A DNA stretch of 62,504 bases, filler included, from 4 parts of 4 records of this genome joined end to end with filler, not necessarily neighbours in it; one strand, 5' to 3'; positions 43,866 through 54,379 are shown, numbered from the whole stretch's first letter. The notes: a model not told the origin generated them from the letters alone. Numbers and translations: made by a program.

Positions 43866-44587
43866 GTCTCGTCCCCTTCGGTGAAGCGGTATCCGATTCC
43901 CCATACGGTCAGAAGGTATTCGGGGTGTGAGGGATCGGCCTCGATCTTGTTCCTCAGCCTGTTGATATGGGTGTTCACGGTGTGTTCATAGCCTTCAAAC
44001 TGATAGCTCCATATCTTTTGGAGCAGATCCTGCCGACTGAAAACACGTCCCGGATTCCGCATGAACAGGCTCAGGAGCTGGAACTCCTTAACCGTCAGGT
44101 CAAGGGGCTCTCCCTTCAGGGCGACCTTGTGCTTTTCCAGATCGACGCTCAATCCCGATAGGGTGATCAAACCCGTCTCCTCATCCCCACAGCCGAACTC
44201 GTTCTGTCTCGTTCGCCGCAGGAGCGCTTTCACCCTTGCGGTCATCTCCCTGACGCTGAAGGGCTTGGTCATATAGTCATCCGCTCCCAGTTCCAGTCCG
44301 AGAATCCTGTCAATTTCCTCGGCCCTGGCGGTCAGTATCATAATGGCCGTCTGGGCATCGTCTTCCCGGATCTTCCTGCAGAGTGTCATACCGTCGATTC
44401 CCGGAAGCATCAGGTCCAGAATAATCAGGTCGAAACGCTTCCTCCGGGCCTGAGCCAGCCCGTCCTTGCCATCGTGCACAACCATGGTGGCAAGGCCCAG
44501 GTCTTCTATATTGGCGGAGACTAGTTTTGCTATCTCCCGGTCATCTTCAACTATGAGTACATTCCTGTTCCCCGTCAATTCATCCAT
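43862..44587 (-). CDS. OmpR-family response regulator
   Basis: VEDD, DLMLPGIDG, GADDYMTKPFS and TVNTHINRLRNKIE...TVWGIGY. Confidence 0.95.
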   Translation of the reverse strand: MDELTGNRNVLIVEDDREIAKLVSANIEDLGLATMVVHDGKDGLAQARRKRFDLIILDLMLPGIDGMTLCRKIREDDAQTAIMILTARAEEIDRILGLELGADDYMTKPFSVREMTARVKALLRRTRQNEFGCGDEETGLITLSGLSVDLEKHKVALKGEPLDLTVKEFQLLSLFMRNPGRVFSRQDLLQKIWSYQFEGYEHTVNTHINRLRNKIEADPSHPEYLLTVWGIGYRFTEGDET

Positions 44588-45057
44588 ATCAGTTCCGCAT
44601 TCGCATTCTTTATTTGAAGGATAGTACTATCAAAGCGAAAAGAAAAACTTTATCCCTTATAAAGAGGTTTCTGGAAAGGAAAAACATATCAACATTGGAA
44701 ATCGATCCCTTTGGTTCCGGCGTTCCGTCAGCGCATCCCTTGAGGCTCCGATGGGAATGGAAGGCTCTGAATAACGGTGATTTCCCGTATTTTCTTCTTT
44801 TGGAAAGGAAGAATCCCCTTTCTGATATAATTCTGACAAAATCAGCTTTTATACTCAGTAATAAGTTCTAAGCCCTATGGAACCTTAGATTCCCGGATAA
44901 GCGCTGAGCCTGTCCTGATAGAGGCTTTGAGTCGTTGTACGTTAAGTCTTCGTCCTCTGCTTGATTCATCCGCAGGAGTCTTTCCCGAAGATTGATATGA
45001 CGTACTTTGAATTATACTTAATGAATGGATTTTCAGCATGAAGGATGCCAACTATTT

Positions 45058-46893
45058 ATGAGGAACAGAATGCATTTTCTCTTTTTATTTCTTGTTTTGT
45101 CGGTTTTATCAACAGCTATCTCTGCAGAGGATCGCACAGATTATAATGACGCTCTTACATTATACAAGAGTGACAGGGACGAAGATTCGCTGGTTCTTTT
45201 CGGGAAATACGTTGAGCAATTTCCAGACAGTTCCAAAGCTGATGACGCCAGATGGTATATGGGACGGATCCTTAGAAATCTGGATAGAGATGATGAAGCG
45301 ATCGTTCAATTTGAGGAAGTCCTCAAGGATGAGGAGAGCAATCGTTTCGAAGAGGCTGCTTTCGACCTGGGTAAAATCTACTATTACCGTCGAGAATATC
45401 CCAAGGTTCTCGCTCTCCTCAGGTTTATCGATGACCTTTCTGAACTGAACTCCTACCATTTAAAGGGTCTGGAACTGAGATCAAGGACCTATTACCGGCT
45501 TGCCTTTCATGAAAAGCTGAACTATCGGGACGATCAATCCAGAGAGAACTTCGAAGAAGCCTTAAGGGGGTATGAGACTCTGGAAAACCTGATTGCTGAT
45601 CGCTCCGACCTAAGCCGGATACGATTCACTATGGCAAAAATCTTCAATCACCTCGCCGACATGACTTATGAACCGGATCGGTACGATGAATACAGGCAAA
45701 AGACTCTGCAATACGCCCGATCGGCTCTCGCTCATACCGACGCCGATGACGAAGACCGGGTTGAATCCCTGATAAGGGAAATTGAAGATTCCGAAGCCAT
45801 CGCTTTTGATTATGAACTGGAAGCTCTTGCAGGATTCGACAATTTGTCGGCTGACACATACGGCGCGGCAGTCAAAGAATCCGGTTCCATCCTGTTTCCC
45901 ATGGCAGGGACAAACAGCTTTGAACTGGAAGCCTTCCACAAGCATGACAGCTTCGATTTCGTCTCATCCAATTTCGAATCTCAGAAATCGGGAGACCACA
46001 GGATGGTTCAATGGACCGAACTTGTCGGCTTGGGGCTGGATTGGAGAACCGGGGCACGCAGACGGTTTTACAACAAACTCGGGCTTGATTTCCGATACCA
46101 GTTTGCAGAAGATGACAGGGATAACTATTTTCAGGCCGGTCTCTCCGAATACGGTTCCTATAGGTTTGACAAGGAATGGCGTCTGCTCTGGACTGGAGAC
46201 TGGCAATGGAAGGCCTACCCCCGCTATAAGAGCAGCGGCCGCAAGCTCGATGCCTTTGATTTCTCTTTCGAACCCCAACTGCGCTGCTACGCTGCGGACT
46301 GGATCGAAGTCTCCCTCCTTTACGGCTTCGGACTCAAACCCTACGTCGATTCGAAATACGACACACCCGATCCCGATGTTCCTTCGGATTCGAATAAGAT
46401 GAAGATGTCCAACAGCGGCTCTCTGGTTCTGGGTGTGACTCCTTCCAGGCTATATAGAGTCGAAGCGTCCTATAAATTTACACATTCAAAGACCTTTCAT
46501 TACGATTATTGGGTCAGGGGGGAGCCGTCCGATCGCTATGTGGAGGGGTATTATGATTACGTATCCCATAGAATCTCCCTGGACAACCGCTTGAGAGGGG
46601 GAGACCGTTTTGAATTCAATCTGGGCGGCAGTCTCAGTTTCATCAATTTCCTCAACTATCCCTCCAGAGACGAAAGCAGAACCTTTACCGGTGAAAAAAG
46701 GCGGGATGTCGCATTGGGCATCGACGCCGAAGCCTCCTATCTGTTTCATACGACCAAAGGCGGCGTCGAGTTGGAAGCTCTTCTATCGGGATGGTGGGAT
46801 TACAAAGTGTCCACTATGAAATACAATACCACATTCGATACGAATTACACTTTCTTCGGATTGATGCTGGGAATATCCGTAACATCCCCATGA
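45058..46893 (+). CDS. Exported protein: N-terminal TPR (BamD/CpoB-like) region and a probable C-terminal outer-membrane beta-barrel
   Basis: Signal peptide; YVEQFPDSSKADDARWYMG TPR; the last ~350 aa consist of aromatic amphipathic strands ending FFGLMLGISVTSP. Confidence 0.6.
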   Translation: MRNRMHFLFLFLVLSVLSTAISAEDRTDYNDALTLYKSDRDEDSLVLFGKYVEQFPDSSKADDARWYMGRILRNLDRDDEAIVQFEEVLKDEESNRFEEAAFDLGKIYYYRREYPKVLALLRFIDDLSELNSYHLKGLELRSRTYYRLAFHEKLNYRDDQSRENFEEALRGYETLENLIADRSDLSRIRFTMAKIFNHLADMTYEPDRYDEYRQKTLQYARSALAHTDADDEDRVESLIREIEDSEAIAFDYELEALAGFDNLSADTYGAAVKESGSILFPMAGTNSFELEAFHKHDSFDFVSSNFESQKSGDHRMVQWTELVGLGLDWRTGARRRFYNKLGLDFRYQFAEDDRDNYFQAGLSEYGSYRFDKEWRLLWTGDWQWKAYPRYKSSGRKLDAFDFSFEPQLRCYAADWIEVSLLYGFGLKPYVDSKYDTPDPDVPSDSNKMKMSNSGSLVLGVTPSRLYRVEASYKFTHSKTFHYDYWVRGEPSDRYVEGYYDYVSHRISLDNRLRGGDRFEFNLGGSLSFINFLNYPSRDESRTFTGEKRRDVALGIDAEASYLFHTTKGGVELEALLSGWWDYKVSTMKYNTTFDTNYTFFGLMLGISVTSP

Positions 46894-48488
46894 CGATCAG
46901 TAGGAAAAAAACCGTTCATATCATAATCGCGGCGACGCTCCTCATTATGTCTGGGATAATCGTTCTGAAAGTCACTATGTTCAATTATACTTTCGAATCC
47001 ATCATTCCGGGCGCGGGTTACCGCGTTCATACATGGATGACCTTTACAGGCAATGGAGATGATGTTCTGGTGAAGACTTACCTGCCCATTAGCGGGAAGA
47101 GGCAGAGCGTGACCAATGAGCAGATTGTCGCTCCCGAAATGGAATACAGAAAACATGTTTCGACTCTCCACAGCTATGGCGAATGGACTCGCTACAAGGC
47201 GGACAAACGATTGAAGGTCGACATCTACTACGATGTGAGAATAAGCCCGATCGAGTATGAAATCGACCCGTATATCACAATTGAGCAGAACCGTGACGAG
47301 TCCCTTGCTCCGTATCTGAATGAAACCGATCTGGTTCAGGTCAACGATCCCTATCTGCTCGACCTTGGAAACAGCCTGGCGGGGAACGAAATCTATGTTC
47401 TCAGCGCCCTGAAACCCATATACAGGCATATCTATGGCATGGGATCGCGGCCCTTCAAAGGCACTACCGATGCCCTTACCGCAGCCAAACTGGGGGAAGC
47501 GAGCTGTAACGGTAAGAGCCGTCTGTTCATTGCTTTGGCAAGGCAGCTCGGATTGCCTTCAAGGCTTGTGGGTGGACTTATATTAAACAACGGAAGCAAA
47601 AGGACCAGCCATCAATGGGCGGAAGTGTATATTTCTGGTCACTGGGTACCCTTCGATACGCTGAACGGGCACTTCGCCCGATTGCCCGGGAACTATCTCA
47701 CCCTCTACAGAGGAGATGAAGCTCTTTTCCGGCATTCGAGAAACATCGCTTTCGACTACCGCTTCGACATATCCAGAACGACGATCACCAATGACAGGCT
47801 TTCCCGTTTTCTGGGGGAAAGGTCTCTCAACGTTTACAATTCCCTCGCTTCTTTCTTCAATGTCAGCATCTCCTTCAGTATCCTGCAGTTCCTGTTGGTC
47901 ATTCCTCTGGGAGTTCTGGTCGTAACCATTTCCAGGAATATCATAGGATTGAACACATTCGGAACTTTTCTTCCCGCTCTCATGGCCATGTCCATGCAGA
48001 ATACAGGACTGATTCCAGGGCTTTTCGTTTTTTCCTTTGTCATCGTGCTCACAGTTCTGACCCGATATCCCCTCGATAAGCTGGGGCTCCTTCACACCCC
48101 CAAACTGGCCATAATGATGATTTTCGTCATCCTGTCGTTACTCGCCATCGCCGTCCTGTCAAATCTGCCCTTTCTGGAATTCGTTCCTTCCCTTAATTCG
48201 GTTTCCCTGTTTCCCATAGCGATTCTGACCATAACTTCGGAGCGATTCGCCCTGACCCTGGCTGAGGAAGGATTAAAGAAGACCAGCTTGATAATGCTGC
48301 AAACCCTCATTGTTATGGTTTTCTGCTATATCGTCATCAGTTCGATCGCCCTGCAGGCATTCATGATCTCTTTTCCCGAACTCCTGCTCGCGGTACTGGC
48401 CATGAATCTCTGGATCGGAAGCTGGACAGGCATTCGGGTAATGGAGCTGATTCGCTTCAGAAGCCTCTACGGGGAGAAAGACGGATGA
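46890..48488 (+). CDS. Transglutaminase-like domain (Cys-His-Asp intact) fused to a 7TM domain (7TM_transglut type)
   Basis: GEASCNGKS, SHQWAEV, WVPFD; RNIIGLNTFGTFLP, FPIAILT...ERF and WTGIRVMELIRF. ATGA overlap at 46890. Confidence 0.85.
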   Translation: MTISRKKTVHIIIAATLLIMSGIIVLKVTMFNYTFESIIPGAGYRVHTWMTFTGNGDDVLVKTYLPISGKRQSVTNEQIVAPEMEYRKHVSTLHSYGEWTRYKADKRLKVDIYYDVRISPIEYEIDPYITIEQNRDESLAPYLNETDLVQVNDPYLLDLGNSLAGNEIYVLSALKPIYRHIYGMGSRPFKGTTDALTAAKLGEASCNGKSRLFIALARQLGLPSRLVGGLILNNGSKRTSHQWAEVYISGHWVPFDTLNGHFARLPGNYLTLYRGDEALFRHSRNIAFDYRFDISRTTITNDRLSRFLGERSLNVYNSLASFFNVSISFSILQFLLVIPLGVLVVTISRNIIGLNTFGTFLPALMAMSMQNTGLIPGLFVFSFVIVLTVLTRYPLDKLGLLHTPKLAIMMIFVILSLLAIAVLSNLPFLEFVPSLNSVSLFPIAILTITSERFALTLAEEGLKKTSLIMLQTLIVMVFCYIVISSIALQAFMISFPELLLAVLAMNLWIGSWTGIRVMELIRFRSLYGEKDG

Positions 48489-49357
48489 CCTTCCAGACGG
48501 GTAGATTGAAGGATATTGTGAGCCTGAACAGGCGTAACCTCGAGATTATATCCATTTATAACAAGAGGGAGCATTTTCCCATTGTAGATAATAAGCTTTT
48601 GACTAAGGAATACCTTCGCAAAGCAGGAATACCGTATCCTGCCACCCTTCTTGAAATCTATGGCTTCTTCCAAGTCGAATCGGCTATAAGGCAAATGCGC
48701 TCTTTCGATTCATTTGTTGCCAAGCCGTCTCGGGGAAGGGCGGGCGGCGGAATCCTCATACTGGAGAAGGCGGGCGACTCAAACTGGCGTACACCTTCAG
48801 GACGCCGGGTGACCGCGGAGGAGCTGGCAAAGCATATGGGGGATATCCTCTTCGGAGTGTTCTCCTTCGGCATGACGGGAGATTCTGTAATCGTCGAATC
48901 TAGGGTTTATCCTCATCAACGCATCAATGATCTCTATGGCGGAGGAATCGCCGATATCAGAGTCATCACGTTCAAGAATGAGCCTGTGATGTCCATGCTG
49001 AGGATTCCCACCGCCAAGTCTGAAGGGAAGGCCAATCTGCATCAGGGCGCCATAGGAATCCCGATAGATATAAAATCGGGTGTGACCGGTCGGGCCGTCG
49101 TTCATGGGAAAGCTGTGGCGACACATCCCGACAGCGGTTCTGTTCTTGAGGGCATCGAGATACCGTTCTGGAAAGATATACTCGGCATGGCCGTAAAAGG
49201 ATCTGAGGTGATTCCCATGGGGTACCTCGGATTTGATTTTGTGATAGACCGAGAGGGAGGGCCTCAGGTACTGGAAATAAACGCCCGGCCGGGACTGCAG
49301 ATCCAGGTCGTCAATCGCCAGGGGCTTTTTCCCCTCTTATTCGGAAGGGAGTCATGA
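48485..49357 (+). CDS. Alpha-L-glutamate ligase-like (RimK-related) ATP-grasp enzyme
   Basis: LNRRN, VDNKLLTK, KPSRGRAGGGI, DIRVI, KANLHQGAIG, GYLGFDFVID and LEINARPGLQIQ. Confidence 0.9.
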   Translation: MTFQTGRLKDIVSLNRRNLEIISIYNKREHFPIVDNKLLTKEYLRKAGIPYPATLLEIYGFFQVESAIRQMRSFDSFVAKPSRGRAGGGILILEKAGDSNWRTPSGRRVTAEELAKHMGDILFGVFSFGMTGDSVIVESRVYPHQRINDLYGGGIADIRVITFKNEPVMSMLRIPTAKSEGKANLHQGAIGIPIDIKSGVTGRAVVHGKAVATHPDSGSVLEGIEIPFWKDILGMAVKGSEVIPMGYLGFDFVIDREGGPQVLEINARPGLQIQVVNRQGLFPLLFGRES

Positions 49358-52251
49358 AACTATCTATTTTGAAAGAGTTATGGACATACACGGCCCTTCC
49401 CTTTGTGCTTTTTCTCAGCCTCCTGGTCATATCAGTCTCAATCGCCCAATCACGGGCTGTGAAGCTTCAATCCGAACCGATCATGATTCAGATAAGCAGG
49501 ACCGACCGACCCTCGGGCATGTCAGAATATGCCGGAAACGGTGAGCTTCCCCAGATAAGCGCCGAGTCGGATGAGGGCGCACTCTTTGAAGGGGTCCGCG
49601 CAGAATTGGATTCGGGGAATTTCAGCCAGGCTCAGGCCCTGCTGGAAAGCATTGAAGCCCCTGATGAAAAGAAGAGCACCCTTTACTTCTACAAGGCCTA
49701 TACCGCGAATCGGATGGGGGATAAAAACGGCGCCATCGATTCCTACTTGAAGGCTCTTGATCTTGCGCCCCATTACTACGAGGCGGCAATAAACCTGGGC
49801 ATAATTTATCTTGGGTCCGGGAGATCCGATCAGGCCTCGTCAATCCTGGAAAGAGCGGTCTCTCTGGGGGGAGGGGCAAGAAGGTCCAAAGCTCTGAAGC
49901 TTCTGGGGAAAGCCTACAACCGATCGGGTCTGTATCTGAAGGCTGAGGAGGCGCTGACCGAAGCGATCAACCTGAGACCTTCCGATCTAGATGCCAGAAT
50001 CGAATTGGGAAGGGTTTATGCCAGTTGGCTGAGGTTTTCCGAGGCACAGGAAATGTATGAGGAAGTTCTGAGGCTCGACCGATCCAATGGAGAGGCTCTG
50101 ATGGGACTTGCCGACTTGAGCCTTACCGACGGAAAGCGAACCGAAGCTGAGACACTGCTGGAAAGGGCGATTACAGCCGCTCCCTACCATGATGCGGCTC
50201 GACTGAAGCTGGCAAGGATCCTCTTTGAAAGCGGCAGGAACGATGAAGCGGAAACCCAGCTCCTGTGGATAATGGAGAACGGTTCTGATCTGTCAGAGGC
50301 TTCCTTCCTGCTGGGATTGATCAATTACAATGGGGGAGATTACGAACAAGCGGCCGTTCATTATGAAAAAGCCTTTGAATACTCCGGCGGAACCCATTTG
50401 GAATCGTTGAATAATCTGGCTCTGGCCCTGAAGAATCGTGGAAAACTTGACGATGCCGCCGAGGCATTGAACAAGGCCGTTGCCATAGATTCCCGTTATG
50501 AGAAAGCTCTCTATAACCTGGGGCTCATACAGCTCGACAATGAGGAGCCTCAGCTGGCTCTTGATTCATTCCGGGATGTCATTGAAATCAATCCGCTTCA
50601 TGAACAGGCCTGGTACAATATCGGGTATCTCCATAGTCAGAGAGGTGCCGTAAAAGCCTCCATCGATTCCTATGAGAAAGCCCTGGAGATCAATCCCTCC
50701 AATGCGAAATGCCGGCTTAATCTGGCTGTCCAGTATAGCCGGGACGGCCAGGCGGATAAGGCTGAGAAACAGTACAATATCGTTCTTTCCATAAATCCCG
50801 CCTATTCCAGCGCCTGGTACAATCTCGGCCTTCTGCTGAAAAAGAGAAACAGCTTTGAGGACGCGGAGGCAGCTTATCTGAGGGCGATAGACCTGGAGCC
50901 CGAAAATACGAGATACCGCTACAGCCTGGCTCTTATCCACGAGAGCCGGAACGAACTGGAGGAAGCCATTGACGTTCTGGAAGAGGCTCTTGTCATCAGT
51001 CCCGACGACCAGGTCCTGAGGTTCAAACTGGCAAAGAACCTCATAAAAACGGACCGGAATCCCGAAGCGGAGGCGCAGTTCAACATTCTCCTTTCCCTCG
51101 ACGAGAACCATGCCGGCGCCTGGGAATCATTGGCTTCCCTGTATATGGGCCGGAATGAATATGACAGGGCGCTGCGGTCTTATGACAGAGCCATCGGAAT
51201 AAACAGTCAGGACGATTACCTTCACTATCTGAAAGGCAAAGCACTTTACAAGATGAATCGCTATGATGAGTCTGTGCGCAGCTATGAAAGAGCATTGGAA
51301 TCGATAAGGGACAACAGTTGGATCTGGTATCATTTGGGAAAAGCACTGGATAGGCTGGAAGAGGAAGAGAAAGCTGACGAAGCCTATAACAAATCTCTGG
51401 AAATAAATCCCAACATGGGAAGGTTTATCATAAACAAGCTGGAATACACAGAGGATTCATTCGCCCTTCTTGAAAAAATGGTTGAGGAGGATCCGGATAA
51501 CAGCAGCCTTCATATACAACTGGCTCAACTGTATATCAGGGAAGGGGATTCGGAACGGGCTGTCAAAAGCCTGGACCGTTTCTTAAGATTGGATCCGGTT
51601 GATCCCGATCTGTGGGAACAGGCCGGAGATACGGCAGCAAAAGGAGGAGAGCCGATTCTGGCTGAACGAATGTATGAGAACCTCCTGAGGCTTGATCCCT
51701 TGAATGGGGATGCGATATTCAAACGGGCGCTTCTCATTGAAGAGAGAGGTGATTTCCATACCGCAATCGAAGAGCTGAAGGATTCAGCGGAATTATTGGA
51801 CTCCCCGTACAAAGCCATTGAGAAGCTGGGTGAATTGAGTTACAAGGTGAAAGAATACGGTGATTCGGTTCTCTACTTCGAAAAGGCCATGGCCCTCTCC
51901 GGAAGAAACATGCTTCATTACGATTTAGGGAAAGCCTATTATCGTCATAAACAGTATGAGAACGCTCTGAAAAGCCTGAAAGCGGCTCATGAATTTCGGC
52001 CCGATCACTTGTGGACGCATATCTGGCTAGGGAGATGCTATGCCCGGCTTGACAGGTTTATTGAGGCGGAGAGGCATTACCGATCGGCTATGGATAGGGA
52101 CCCCACTTTCATACAAGCTTACATAAGCCTGGGAGACCTTGCCGTAAGAGATGGCAAAACGGAGCAGGCAAAGGTCTTTTACGAAAGGGCTCTGGAGCTG
52201 GAGCCTCTTAGCGAGACTGTCAGAAGCAAGCTGAGCCGGATCTCAAATTAA
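49354..52251 (+). CDS. Large TPR-repeat protein with an N-terminal membrane anchor
   Basis: N-terminal hydrophobic segment, then about 20 or more TPRs (AWYNLG...A...Y..A..L.P). Confidence 0.9.
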   Translation: MKLSILKELWTYTALPFVLFLSLLVISVSIAQSRAVKLQSEPIMIQISRTDRPSGMSEYAGNGELPQISAESDEGALFEGVRAELDSGNFSQAQALLESIEAPDEKKSTLYFYKAYTANRMGDKNGAIDSYLKALDLAPHYYEAAINLGIIYLGSGRSDQASSILERAVSLGGGARRSKALKLLGKAYNRSGLYLKAEEALTEAINLRPSDLDARIELGRVYASWLRFSEAQEMYEEVLRLDRSNGEALMGLADLSLTDGKRTEAETLLERAITAAPYHDAARLKLARILFESGRNDEAETQLLWIMENGSDLSEASFLLGLINYNGGDYEQAAVHYEKAFEYSGGTHLESLNNLALALKNRGKLDDAAEALNKAVAIDSRYEKALYNLGLIQLDNEEPQLALDSFRDVIEINPLHEQAWYNIGYLHSQRGAVKASIDSYEKALEINPSNAKCRLNLAVQYSRDGQADKAEKQYNIVLSINPAYSSAWYNLGLLLKKRNSFEDAEAAYLRAIDLEPENTRYRYSLALIHESRNELEEAIDVLEEALVISPDDQVLRFKLAKNLIKTDRNPEAEAQFNILLSLDENHAGAWESLASLYMGRNEYDRALRSYDRAIGINSQDDYLHYLKGKALYKMNRYDESVRSYERALESIRDNSWIWYHLGKALDRLEEEEKADEAYNKSLEINPNMGRFIINKLEYTEDSFALLEKMVEEDPDNSSLHIQLAQLYIREGDSERAVKSLDRFLRLDPVDPDLWEQAGDTAAKGGEPILAERMYENLLRLDPLNGDAIFKRALLIEERGDFHTAIEELKDSAELLDSPYKAIEKLGELSYKVKEYGDSVLYFEKAMALSGRNMLHYDLGKAYYRHKQYENALKSLKAAHEFRPDHLWTHIWLGRCYARLDRFIEAERHYRSAMDRDPTFIQAYISLGDLAVRDGKTEQAKVFYERALELEPLSETVRSKLSRISN

Positions 52252-52355
52252 CAAATATGATAAGCAGATTGAGCTCTGGATTATTGAAAATTCCTTGCCC
52301 TGACATAATTCTGACGGAATTGGCTGTTACATTCAAAGAAAATGGGAGAAATGTT

Positions 52356-52517
52356 ATGAAAGGATTACAGAATGATTCCCGGAAAAGTGCCGACTCCGCT
52401 TTGGAGAATGTTTTAAAGCGTTTGGCTCAGGGTGAAATAAACGGAGAAGAAGCCAAAGACAGGATCGCCCTATTGATCAGAAAGAATAAAAACACGAAGG
52501 GAACACAGTTGAAATGA
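52356..52517 (+). CDS. Small protein with one SHOCT-like helix pair
   Basis: GGGAG ribosome-binding site; LKRLAQGEINGEEAKDRI resembles the repeats of the next protein. Confidence 0.4.
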   Translation: MKGLQNDSRKSADSALENVLKRLAQGEINGEEAKDRIALLIRKNKNTKGTQLK

Positions 52518-52658
52518 TCGTTCTTATTGTGTTGGTCTCGGCTAATGTCGTAATGTGGACGCTGACTATGCTTTTACTGATTCATATAAAACAAGACGAT
52601 GGTTAAGTGCGGATGTTCCTTTACAAAAGAGTCCGCCCATGATTATTCTGAGAAAGGA

Positions 52659-53411
52659 ATGAAAAGACTTCTCCTCTTAGTTCTATTCACTTGCATGCCC
52701 CTCAGCTTACTTTTTTCATTGGGAGCCGATGACAGGCAGACTTATGAGACGAAACTGGCCATGGATTATCCGGTCATCATTGAATCATTATCTGAGGGAG
52801 AGATCTCCTCCGCCGAAGCGAAGAGGCAATTGGCTCAGCTAAGGGAGGCTTTCAACATATCCTACAGCGATGAAGCCGGTATGCTGGATTCCTTTGTCGA
52901 CGGGCTGGACGAAGGATTGATCACAAAAGATCAGGCCCTTCTAAATTTCAGGTTTCTGAAAGAAAATCGAATGGCAGAGATCAGAAGTGGAGAGGGGGAT
53001 AGTTCCGTTTTAGGCTATCAGAGAGAGCTGATAAGCGAATTCGAATTGATAATAGCCAATCTGACCAATCATGAGATGGCCATTGAGGAAGCCATCGCCG
53101 AGACTGAACGTTTTCAAAGAAACTCCGGGTTTTTGAGAAATGATATATACGACCGGCTGCAGGACCTTCTTCTGAAATACGAATCGGGAAACCTCAATGA
53201 TTTACAGCTACAAATCACCTTTGCGGATATAATGAGTGAATGGCAGGATTCATACAATGCGGAGATCGATAGTGATCCCCAGCTCTTCGAGCCCGAAGAT
53301 CATGAATTATTAGATGATCTTGCAGAGCTGGCTGAAGCCGAAGACGAAGCCGAAGCCGAAGATGAAGCCGAAGCCGAAGCCGAAGCCGAAGATGAAGCCG
53401 AAGATGAAGCC
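52659..53411 (+). CDS. Exported protein with SHOCT-like helical repeats and a Glu/Ala/Asp low-complexity tail (truncated)
   Basis: Signal peptide MKRLLLLVLF; LSEGEISSAEA, LDEGLITKDQA; ends EAEDEAEAEDEA at the gap. Confidence 0.7.
53334..53411 (+). repeat. Hexamer tandem repeat GAAGCC/GAAGAY encoding (EA/ED)n
   Basis: Directly visible; runs into the contig end. Confidence 0.9.
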
Positions 53412-53511
53412 NNNNNNNNNNNNNNNNNNNNNNNNNNNNNNNNNNNNNNNNNNNNTTAATTAATTAANNNNNNNNNNNNNNNNNNNNNNNNNNNNNNNNN
53501 NNNNNNNNNNN
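53412..53511. other. Artificial contig spacer
   Basis: 44N-TTAATTAATTAA-44N. Confidence 0.98.
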
Positions 53512-54379
53512 AATCGCCGTCGGCGACGACGGCGTTGAAGACGCCGTCGACATGGGCGATCGGGCTGGCCAAGTGGACCATGCAGGGATGAACCCGCTGC
53601 TCGATCCCCCTGTCCGTGCGCCGGGCGATGCCCAACAGCTTGATTCGGTATCCCAACTCGTCGGCAAACTGAATATCCAGGGCCGAAATATGGCGAATGC
53701 CTTCGATGTGGACCGATCCGAATTCGATCTCGCAGCCGAAGGCAAGGCTGGTCAGGATGGCCAGCTTGTGGGCGGCGTCGATGCCGTCGACGTCGAAAGT
53801 CGGGTCGGCTTCGGCGTAGCCCAACTTCTGCGCCTCGGCCAGGACGTCGTCGAATTCGCGGCCGGTCTCGCGCATGGTCGTCAGGATGTAGTTGCAGGTA
53901 CCGTTGAGGATGCCGTAGATACGACTGATGTCGTTGCCGACCAAGCCCTCGCGCAGGGCCTTGGTGATCGGAATGCCGCCGGCGACGGCGGCCTCGAAGG
54001 TGATCGTCACGCCGCGCTCCTCGGCGGCACGGACCAGCGCCGTGCCGTGGTGGGCGATCATCGCCTTGTTCGCCGTGACCACATGGCAGCCCTTGGCAAT
54101 CGCCGCCTTGCACAGGTCCAGCGCGATTCCGTCCGAACCGCCGATGAGTTCGACGACGACATCGGCGCCGGATTGCTCGACCATGACCAGGGAGTCGTCA
54201 TAATAGGGAATCTCCGGCCATTCGGCGGCCAGGTCCTTGCGGACGTCGCAGATTCCGACGACCTGAAGGTCGCGCCCGCAGCGGTTTTTCAGCAGGCCGG
54301 CATTCGCCTTCAGGAGTTTCAGGGTGCCGCCGCCGATGGTTCCCAGGCCGGCAACGGCAATCTTAAGGGCTTCGCTCAT
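53512..54379 (-). CDS. hom: Homoserine dehydrogenase (3' truncated)
   Basis: [38 protein letters not shown] and [24 protein letters not shown] overlap at 54379. Confidence 0.95.

Noticed and set aside
44600-45020. Riboswitch or sRNA in the divergent intergenic region
   Set aside because: No recognisable aptamer consensus or convincing long stem was found by eye.
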